Shown here piece after piece: positions 1-4,329 of a DNA stretch of 24,000 nucleotides. Source of the DNA: Pelomicrobium methylotrophicum (GTDB lineage: Bacteria > Pseudomonadota > Gammaproteobacteria > Burkholderiales > UBA6910); contig NZ_VPFL01000012.1 in NCBI RefSeq assembly GCF_008014345.1, positions 1-24,000 of the forward strand, given 5' to 3'. Under the pieces are notes generated by a model. It was not told where the DNA came from. It saw only the letters and a list, made by a program, of their open reading frames with translations, and searched no databases. Position 1 is the stretch's first letter, and each line of letters starts with the position of its first letter. The translations under genes and the position numbers were made by a program.

Positions 1-2
1 CC

Positions 3-431
3 AAGCGCCTATGCCCCCAGTGCAAGCGTCCCAGGGTCGCGACCCAGGAAGACATCAAGCGGCTGCTGGCCGAGTACACGGAAGAGCTCAAGAACGTGGA
101 ATGGTTCAGGCGGGACCCGGCGGCGGCCGTCAAAAGCATCTACGGCGAATGGCGGGAGCATTTTGCCGACGAGAAGGGGCAGTTCACGCTTTACGATCCT
201 GCCGGCTGCGAACATTGCAGCGGAACCGGATACCGTGGACGGATTGGGCTGCACGAACTGCTGGTCTGCACCGACGAAATCAGGCGTCACATCCAGAGCC
301 GCTCCCCCGTTTCCGCCATCGCGCTGACTGCGATGGCGCAGGGCATGCGCACGCTCAAGCAGGATGGGATCGAAAAGGTCCTCCAGGGCCTGACCGACAT
401 GCCGTCCGTCCGGTCGGTGTGCATCAAATAA
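3..431 (+). CDS. GspE/PilB-family secretion/pilus ATPase, C-terminal end (5' truncated by window edge)
   Basis: Frame 3 is open from base 3 and reads KRLCPQCK...CEHCSGTGYRGRIGLHELL. The CxxC...CxxC tetracysteine cluster and the GYxGRxGxxE motif are typical of the C-terminal domain of GspE/PilB/PulE ATPases. TAA at 429-431 is followed by a hairpin. Confidence 0.85.
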   Translation, partial: KRLCPQCKRPRVATQEDIKRLLAEYTEELKNVEWFRRDPAAAVKSIYGEWREHFADEKGQFTLYDPAGCEHCSGTGYRGRIGLHELLVCTDEIRRHIQSRSPVSAIALTAMAQGMRTLKQDGIEKVLQGLTDMPSVRSVCIK

Positions 432-433
432 AA

Positions 434-468
434 AACGCCGCGGCTGCCACCGCGGCGTTTCCGTTTCC
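434..468 (+). terminator. Rho-independent terminator after the ATPase gene
   Basis: AACGCCGCGG (434-443) pairs with CCGCGGCGTT (450-459) in a 10-bp stem with a 6-nt loop, followed by TTCCGTTTCC. An A-run on the 5' side could make it bidirectional. Confidence 0.6.
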
Positions 469-661
469 GCCCTTCCGGACGGTCGTGGCGCGCCACTGAC
501 GGCGCGCCACTCCCAGAACGGTTTCTCCGGTCCTGCCTTCTTCGCCCCCGGGGAGTCTGGTGGCTCCGCGGGCTACCCCCACAGACCTCGAGATCCGTGC
601 CGCGGCAGGTTGCGTCCGGCCAGCATTTGCGTCCCGGGCCGGGTGGGACGCCGCGCGTCGC

Positions 662-699
662 GCGGAAATCAAAACGCCCCGGAAGATCCCCGGGGCGTT
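662..699 (-). terminator. Rho-independent terminator (minus strand), downstream of the tRNA-like gene
   Basis: AACGCCCCGG (673-682) pairs with CCGGGGCGTT (690-699) in a 10-bp stem with a 7-nt loop. On the minus strand the hairpin is followed by UUUGAUUUCC (reverse complement of 662-671). Confidence 0.55.
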
Positions 700-808
700 C
701 CCAGTCTATTCGGCAAACCCCCGCTGGGGCGGGAGCTGTCAACCCGGCTTGATGCCGTGCCTGCCTTATTTGCAACTCAGTTTAGCACTGAGCTGCTGGT
801 TCATGGAA

Positions 809-879
809 TGGAGCGGACGGGACTCAACCCGCAACCAACAGGTTGGCGCCTGTTGCTCTCCCAGTTGAGCTACCGCCCC
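809..879 (-). tRNA. tRNA-like gene, non-canonical (possible pseudogene or atypical tRNA)
   Basis: The minus strand from 879 to 809 folds by hand as GGGGCGG TA GCTC AACTGGGA GAGC A ACAGG CGCCAA CCTGT TGGTT GCGGG TTGAGT CCCGT CCGCTCC A. The acceptor stem has 7 bp with G3:U70, and the D arm is canonical. Both the anticodon loop (CGCCAA, + strand 843-848) and the T loop (TTGAGT) have 6 nt instead of 7. No CCA is encoded. Confidence 0.5.
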
Positions 880-958
880 AGCGGACAGCGAATATCCGCC
901 CTCTCGCGCTTGTCAGGCGCACGGATATCAGCTGCTGCGGCTTTCCAGCCTCTACCGC

Positions 959-1165
959 TCAGATTGCTTTCCAGCCGGTGACCATTTGGGCGACCGGACG
1001 GCCGCGGCGGAAGATGGTCTTGCGTGCCACGAGGGCACGCTTGCCCCCGCCTTCGTAGAGGGTCAGGGTTCTTCCCTTGGTTCTGACTTCTCCCGTCTTG
1101 ACGAACGGGCCGGCGAAGAACTTTTGAATGCGGGGAGCGTAGCTTCCCCAGTTGACTGTTTTCAT
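959..1165 (-). CDS. Small hypothetical protein (68 aa), array gene 'a'
   Basis: ATG at 1163-1165 (minus strand) is preceded by AAGGAGG (reverse complement of 1171-1177). It translates MKTVNWGSYAPRIQKFFAGPFVKTGEVRTKGRTLTLYEGGG... The longer track ORF (to 1201) would read through the conserved leader. I recognise no family. Confidence 0.55.
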   Translation of the reverse strand: MKTVNWGSYAPRIQKFFAGPFVKTGEVRTKGRTLTLYEGGGKRALVARKTIFRRGRPVAQMVTGWKAI

Positions 1166-1167
1166 AT

Positions 1168-1232
1168 GGGCCTCCTTGTTGAACCGCCCGGAGAAGCCCA
1201 TCCCCCGTCCGGGGAAGGCTCCCCGGGCGGGG
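1168..1232 (-). promoter_or_regulatory. Conserved leader copy 1: SD-sequestering helix + palindrome P1
   Basis: In minus-strand RNA, GGGCUUCU (reverse complement of 1192-1199) pairs with the SD GGAGGCCC (reverse complement of 1168-1175): 8 bp including 2 G:U. P1 arms are CCCCGTCCGGGGA (1203-1215) and TCCCCGGGCGGGG (1220-1232), with loop AGGC. Confidence 0.6.
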
Positions 1233-1260
1233 TTGACAAAATCCGCGTCGCCGCTAATCT
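1233..1260 (+). promoter_or_regulatory. Sigma70-type promoter for X1 (TTGACA-16-TAATCT)
   Basis: TTGACA at 1233-1238 directly abuts P1. TAATCT is at 1255-1260, and the X1 ATG is 29 nt downstream. The same arrangement recurs at 1705-1732 and 2163-2190. Confidence 0.55.
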
Positions 1261-1288
1261 TCAGTCAGATTAAGCAAGGACGCACAAG

Positions 1289-1498
1289 ATGAAAAAATTT
1301 CAAGTCGTCGAAGGAAAACGCGAAGAGCTCCGTACGGAAGCTCTTTACGCGCTCTTTGACTATCTGCGCTCAGGCGACCAGGCGGCATCGAATCGCTTCG
1401 ATGCGATTGACAAACGCCTAGCTCGCCGAGCGGAGCTCAACGTTGTTGAAATCTCTCAATCTCCCACCGGGAGATCTTTTCCTCCTCGATTGCCCTGA
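1289..1498 (+). CDS. Small protein X1 (69 aa), paralog family MKKFQV(V/I)EG
   Basis: N-terminus MKKFQVVEGKREELRTEALYALF. It aligns with X3 (MKKFQVIEGSRQQMEQKAYEAF), and the DNA differences fall mostly at codon third positions (aaa/aag, caa/cag, gtc/gtt, gga/ggc). An AAGGA motif lies 9 nt upstream. The last 62 nt overlap gene Yb on the opposite strand. Confidence 0.6.
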   Translation: MKKFQVVEGKREELRTEALYALFDYLRSGDQAASNRFDAIDKRLARRAELNVVEISQSPTGRSFPPRLP

Positions 1499-1640
1499 TC
1501 ATCCGCCGGATGTCCCCGGCAAGGTCCCGGTCAGCGCAATTACTCAACTTCGCCTTTGCTTCTTCCAGAGCGAAATCGAGACCTTCATCCGTGGCCCGAT
1601 CGAGCCAACCATAAAAATCTTTCCAGAATTGCTTGTTCAT
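1437..1640 (-). CDS. Small helical protein Yb (67 aa), paralog family with Yc and Yd
   Basis: ATG at 1638-1640 is preceded by GGAGGAACC. It translates MNKQFWKDFYGWLDRATDEGLDFALEEAKAKL...IEEEKISRWEIERFQQR. It aligns without gaps to Yc/Yd over F..WL..A....L...L. Confidence 0.65.
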   Translation of the reverse strand: MNKQFWKDFYGWLDRATDEGLDFALEEAKAKLSNCADRDLAGDIRRMIRAIEEEKISRWEIERFQQR

Positions 1641-1704
1641 GGTTCCTCCGTTGATGCGCCCGAAGGAACCCATCCCCCGTCCGGGGAAGGCTCCCCGGGC
1701 GGGG
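1641..1704 (-). promoter_or_regulatory. Conserved leader copy 2: SD-sequestering helix + palindrome P1
   Basis: GGUUCCUUCG (reverse complement of 1661-1670) pairs with CGGAGGAACC (reverse complement of 1641-1650): 10 bp including 1 G:U, ending at the AUG. P1 arms are 1675-1687 and 1692-1704. Confidence 0.6.
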
Positions 1705-1732
1705 TTGACAAAACAAGCGTCTCCGCTAACCT
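1705..1732 (+). promoter_or_regulatory. Sigma70-type promoter for X2 (TTGACA-16-TAACCT)
   Basis: TTGACA is at 1705-1710, abutting P1. TAACCT is at 1727-1732. Confidence 0.5.
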
Positions 1733-1763
1733 GCATATCATCTATGCAGATCAGGACGACGAA

Positions 1764-1961
1764 ATGAACGAACTGAAGGTTATCGAGGGCGGCCGAAGGA
1801 TCCTGGAAGAAAAGCTGATCAAGCTTCTCTTCACCCCGGGGCCGGTCCCTTCTGACGAGGTCGAAAGGCTGAATGCCCGGCTTTCATCCCGGGCGAACCT
1901 CAAGATCGTTTCCGATCGCCGAGAGCCAGACGGGCCGCAATCTCCTCTTCGAGGAGGCTGA
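1764..1961 (+). CDS. Small protein X2 (65 aa), paralog of X1/X3
   Basis: ATG at 1764 has AGGA 7 nt upstream. It translates MNELKVIEGGRRILEEKLIKLLF...RLNARLSSRANLKIV. It shares the xxLKVIEGGR N-terminus and the RL..R..L segment with X1/X3. The last 62 nt overlap Yc. Confidence 0.5.
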   Translation: MNELKVIEGGRRILEEKLIKLLFTPGPVPSDEVERLNARLSSRANLKIVSDRREPDGPQSPLRGG

Positions 1962-2100
1962 TTCCCAGCCTCAGGTCTCTCAATCCCTCGCTGGATAGTT
2001 TTTTTTCGTGGAGCCTAAACAGCTCCAACCGCTCTTCAAGCTCATTCAGGCTTGCCTTTCCGAGCCAGCGCATGAACGAGCGCAGCACTTCCTTATCCAC
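1900..2100 (-). CDS. Small helical protein Yc (66 aa)
   Basis: GTG at 2098-2100 lies 5 nt after AGGAGG (reverse complement of 2105-2110). It translates VDKEVLRSFMRWLGKASLNELEERLELFRLHEKKL...LLEEEIAARLALGDRKRS. The longer track ORF would translate the palindrome. Confidence 0.6.
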   Translation of the reverse strand: MDKEVLRSFMRWLGKASLNELEERLELFRLHEKKLSSEGLRDLRLGISLLEEEIAARLALGDRKRS

Positions 2101-2162
2101 GGCATCCTCCTGATGCCCGGAGGAAGCCGCTTCCCCGTCCGGGGAAGGCTCCCCGGGCGGGG
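2101..2162 (-). promoter_or_regulatory. Conserved leader copy 3: SD-sequestering helix + palindrome P1
   Basis: GGCUUCCUCC (reverse complement of 2119-2128) pairs with GGAGGAUGCC (reverse complement of 2101-2110): 9 of 10 bp. P1 arms are 2133-2145 and 2150-2162. Confidence 0.6.
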
Positions 2163-2190
2163 TTGACAAAACCGGCGCCGCCGCTAATCT
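2163..2190 (+). promoter_or_regulatory. Sigma70-type promoter for X3 (TTGACA-16-TAATCT)
   Basis: TTGACA is at 2163-2168, abutting P1. TAATCT is at 2185-2190. Confidence 0.55.
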
Positions 2191-2215
2191 GCAACCATCA
2201 GCAGCGGAGACGGGA

Positions 2216-2410
2216 ATGAAGAAATTTCAGGTTATTGAAGGCTCCAGGCAGCAGATGGAACAGAAGGCTTATGAAGCGTTTTTGGAAAATGACTTCAAGA
2301 CCTTTTTTACAATCTGCCGCAGGATGGACAAAAGAGCCCGCCTCAGCGATGTAACCGGCGAAGCTCCTGGCGAGCCGCCAGCTCCTCGCGGATCATCTCC
2401 GCGGCCCTGA
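2216..2410 (+). CDS. Small protein X3 (64 aa), paralog of X1/X2
   Basis: It translates MKKFQVIEGSRQQMEQKAYEAFLEN...MDKRARLSDV. GGAG lies 7 nt upstream. The last 68 nt overlap Yd. Confidence 0.6.
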   Translation: MKKFQVIEGSRQQMEQKAYEAFLENDFKTFFTICRRMDKRARLSDVTGEAPGEPPAPRGSSPRP

Positions 2411-2537
2411 CCAATCCGGCGCGAATTTCTTCGTCGCCTTTCTTGAGGGCCTGCTCGATGGCGGCGAGCTTTTGGAGAAGCTCGTCATCACTGGCCTCGT
2501 TGCAGAAACGGGCCAGCATTTTGATTGCCTCCTTCAT
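2343..2537 (-). CDS. Small helical protein Yd (64 aa)
   Basis: ATG at 2535-2537 is preceded by GGGAGGAAACC. It translates MKEAIKMLARFCNEASDDELLQKLAAIEQALKKGDEE...IREELAARQELRRLHR. Confidence 0.65.
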   Translation of the reverse strand: MKEAIKMLARFCNEASDDELLQKLAAIEQALKKGDEEIRAGLVRAAEMIREELAARQELRRLHR

Positions 2538-2603
2538 GGTTTCCTCCCGACTTTTCCCCGGAGGAAACCGCTTCCCTGTCCGGGGAAGGCTCCCCGGACG
2601 GGG
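2538..2603 (-). promoter_or_regulatory. Conserved leader copy 4: SD-sequestering helix + palindrome P1
   Basis: GGUUUCCUCC (reverse complement of 2560-2569) pairs with GGAGGAAACC (reverse complement of 2538-2547): a perfect 10 bp ending at the AUG. P1 arms are CCCTGTCCGGGGA (2574-2586) and TCCCCGGACGGGG (2591-2603). Confidence 0.65.
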
Positions 2604-2618
2604 TTGAACAAAGGCCGT

Positions 2619-2695
2619 GACGGCTTCCGCCGCTCGGCCCACAAGCCCCGCGCGCGGCGGGGCGGACATTGCCGGGATGACCTCCCGGCAGGGTT
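2619..2695. repeat. 77-nt repeat, copy 1 (identical to 3475-3551)
   Basis: GACGGCTTCCGCCGCTCGGCCCACAAGCCCCGCGCGCGGCGGGGCGGACATTGCCGGGATGACCTCCCGGCAGGGTT. It contains two hairpins: GCCCCGC/GCGGGGC (2645-2663) and GCCGGGA/TCCCGGC (2671-2689). Confidence 0.9.
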
Positions 2696-2747
2696 GAATC
2701 AAGCTCTCCTTTCTGTGCCGTCCGCGCCGGCGTCATAGAAAGGAAAC

Positions 2748-2775
2748 TTGCATCGCGCGAAACGTATGCTAAAGT
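2748..2775 (+). promoter_or_regulatory. Candidate promoter for the basic small ORF (TTGCAT-16-TAAAGT)
   Basis: TTGCAT is at 2748-2753 and TAAAGT at 2770-2775. AAGGAGG at 2789-2795 precedes the ATG at 2802. Confidence 0.45.
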
Positions 2776-2801
2776 CAAGCCATCGAACAAGGAGGCTTTT
2801 C

Positions 2802-2957
2802 ATGATCTCCAAGAGAAAAACGCCAGCCCAAGCAAGGCCGAAAAAGATGCTCCGTCCGGTAGGAAAAACAAAGATTCCGTCGCTTGCAAATGTCAACGAA
2901 GAGCAAAAAGAAATCTTCGTCGAAGCCATTAGAAGAAACAAGAAGATAAAGATTTAG
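2802..2957 (+). CDS. Very basic small protein (51 aa), lower GC than surroundings
   Basis: A strong SD (AAGGAGG) lies 6 nt upstream. It translates MISKRKTPAQARPKKMLRPVGKTKIPSLANVNEEQKEIFVEAIRRNKKIKI. It is convergent with the PemK-like gene. Confidence 0.55.
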   Translation: MISKRKTPAQARPKKMLRPVGKTKIPSLANVNEEQKEIFVEAIRRNKKIKI

Positions 2958-3019
2958 AGCAAACCCCTCGACCCGTCTGCGCGCAATGCGCGGGCGAAGT
3001 CGCGGTGGTCTGCTCCTTT

Positions 3020-3394
3020 TTAGGCGAGCGGGAATCTTACCGCTCTGGCGGCGTTTTCGATCGCCAGTGCCTTCGTGTTGGGGAGCGCTTTGTAACTTCT
3101 CCCCTCCGAAATAACATCCTGGTCAAGAAACGCCACCAGGGATTGTCTCGAGAAACGAAGCACTCCTTCGCCCTCGAGCCCCACCGCCCTCGCCTCGGCA
3201 TCGGTCAGAGTGACTTCGACTTCACCCCTGACTTTTGCGGAGGACGAGAACTTCGCCGCGCCGATGTAAACCACATCCCCTTTCGGGGTTCTGGCGCGGC
3301 CAAGGATGAGGACGGGCCTTATTTTGTACCGCCCGTCTCCTTCTTGAAACGGAACCCTCGCCCTCACGAAGGTCCCTATCGGGACTGCATTCAT
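3020..3394 (-). CDS. PemK/MazF-like toxin-fold protein (124 aa), array gene 'e'
   Basis: ATG at 3392-3394 follows AAGGAGGAGCC. It translates MNAVPIGTFVRARVPFQEGDGRYKIRPVLILGRA...GDVVYIGAAKFSSS. The pattern (G.i..v.fP...g..K.RPvlvl) is typical of PemK/MazF SH3-like toxins. The track ORF extended to 3649 reads through the non-coding repeats. Confidence 0.75.
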   Translation of the reverse strand: MNAVPIGTFVRARVPFQEGDGRYKIRPVLILGRARTPKGDVVYIGAAKFSSSAKVRGEVEVTLTDAEARAVGLEGEGVLRFSRQSLVAFLDQDVISEGRSYKALPNTKALAIENAARAVRFPLA

Positions 3395-3459
3395 GGCTCC
3401 TCCTTTCATTGCCAGGAGGAAGCCTCCCCCGTCCGGGGAAAGGCTTCCACCAGACGGGG
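3395..3459 (-). promoter_or_regulatory. Conserved leader copy 5: SD-sequestering helix + degenerate palindrome P1
   Basis: GGCU(U)CCUCCU (reverse complement of 3414-3424) pairs with AGGAGGAGCC (reverse complement of 3395-3404): 10 bp with one bulge. The outer P1 stem is CCCCGTC (3427-3433) / GACGGGG (3453-3459), and the inner part is imperfect. Confidence 0.6.
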
Positions 3460-3474
3460 TTGAACAACGACCGG

Positions 3475-3551
3475 GACGGCTTCCGCCGCTCGGCCCACAA
3501 GCCCCGCGCGCGGCGGGGCGGACATTGCCGGGATGACCTCCCGGCAGGGTT
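3475..3551. repeat. 77-nt repeat, copy 2 (identical to 2619-2695)
   Basis: 77 of 77 identical by eye. It sits at the same distance from the downstream minus-strand start codon as copy 1 (157 vs 158 nt). Confidence 0.9.
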
Positions 3552-3704
3552 TGTGCCCCGATCTTAACCCCTTCCGCCTTATCGGCCGTCAGGAATGACG
3601 CATTTTCCACCTCATTTTTCGCCGACTTGCGAAGACTTTTCCGTCTCATTCTTTCTCCAGGCGGGCATGCGCCGGCCGATGACCGCGCGCCGGAAGCCCC
3701 GCCG

Positions 3705-3731
3705 TTGACTTTTGGTCTCGCGCGTTAAGAT
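3705..3731 (+). promoter_or_regulatory. Candidate promoter for the 3766-5006 operon (TTGACT-15-TAAGAT)
   Basis: TTGACT is at 3705-3710 and TAAGAT at 3726-3731. The 15-nt spacer is short. Confidence 0.35.
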
Positions 3732-3765
3732 CAATACGGGCGCGTCAAACGAGAAAGGGCAATCG

Positions 3766-3993
3766 ATGGAAATCTTCTACGAGAGCGAAAACCGGATTTC
3801 CGGCGCCGGTTTCGAAATCAGACTGAGAGGCGACCGGTGGTACTGGAGCGTCGCCAAATCCGTCCGGCCAGGCAGCCAGGGCGTCGCCTCTCACCTGGAG
3901 ATCGCAATTACAGAAGTTCGGCGTTGCCTGGGCGAGACAGGCGCATGCGCCGGCGGCAATGTCCGGCGGAACGGTTTGGGCTGGAGATCATGA
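3766..3993 (+). CDS. Hypothetical small protein (75 aa)
   Basis: ATG at 3766 follows GAGAAAGGG. It translates MEIFYESENRISGAGFEIRLRGDRWYWSVAK... Its stop overlaps the next start (ATGA at 3990-3993). Confidence 0.5.
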   Translation: MEIFYESENRISGAGFEIRLRGDRWYWSVAKSVRPGSQGVASHLEIAITEVRRCLGETGACAGGNVRRNGLGWRS

Positions 3994-4205
3994 TACAAAG
4001 CAGATGCAAGTGCGGAGAAGTCGTGCTTGTTGAAACCGGTCGATACGACTTGTGCCGACTGGACGGCAAGCGGCCCCATCATCCCGGAGATGGGCCGAAC
4101 ACGACGAGGTTCCGCTGCAGAAAATGCCTTGGCTGGCTGGCCGAAACCTGCGAGGAGGCGTCTTTTTCGACGGCGCAGGATTGTGGCAACGCATATCAAC
4201 CTTAA
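3990..4205 (+). CDS. Small Cys-rich (zinc-ribbon-like) protein (71 aa)
   Basis: ATGA coupling to the upstream ORF. It translates MIQSRCKCGEVVLVETGRYDLCRLDG...FRCRKCLGWLAETCEE, with a CxC ... CxxC arrangement. Confidence 0.55.
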   Translation: MIQSRCKCGEVVLVETGRYDLCRLDGKRPHHPGDGPNTTRFRCRKCLGWLAETCEEASFSTAQDCGNAYQP

Positions 4206-4329
4206 TTAACTCTCATCCCCGCTCTAACGGGGTAATGCACTCAGACACTTCGTTCGAAGGACATCCATGGGAACCAAAAGGAAAAACCGCTTCGTTTCGG
4301 CCTCTTCCGGCTGCCCTCAAGGGGATTAT

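Noticed and set aside
287-775. ORFs in the 431-810 intergenic region (287-775 minus, 424-672 minus, 560-981 plus)
   Set aside because: They have low-complexity translations and no SD. They span two terminator hairpins and the tRNA-like gene.
809-879. tRNA-like gene as the att site of the adjacent array/island
   Set aside because: I found no second copy of the tRNA 3' half elsewhere in the window by eye. The array lies on the 5' side of the tRNA-like gene rather than the usual 3' side.
1203-2162. P1 hairpins as intrinsic terminators
   Set aside because: No U-tract follows the stem on either strand (TTGACAAAA on plus, GAUGGGCUU on minus). The element lies upstream of genes on both sides. A role as a U-tract-independent terminator for read-through X transcripts cannot be fully excluded.
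1203-3459. CRISPR array interpretation of the five palindromic repeats
   Set aside because: Repeat spacing is 441-853 nt rather than 25-70 nt. The intervening DNA encodes paralogous genes with promoters and SDs. No cas genes are present.
1203-3465. Integron attC sites / gene cassettes
   Set aside because: GTTGAAC and GTTGACA after the palindrome superficially resemble the GTTRRRY core. However, there is no complementary RYYYAAC partner site, and the genes flank the element in both orientations. The only tyrosine recombinase is 12 kb away and is not IntI-like in its placement.
3395-3649. Extension of the PemK-like ORF to a 209-aa protein starting at 3649
   Set aside because: The extension translates the palindrome and the 77-nt repeat. 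The same DNA upstream of Yd is in a different frame relative to its gene, so the frame stays open here by coincidence. A strong SD precedes the internal ATG at 3394.
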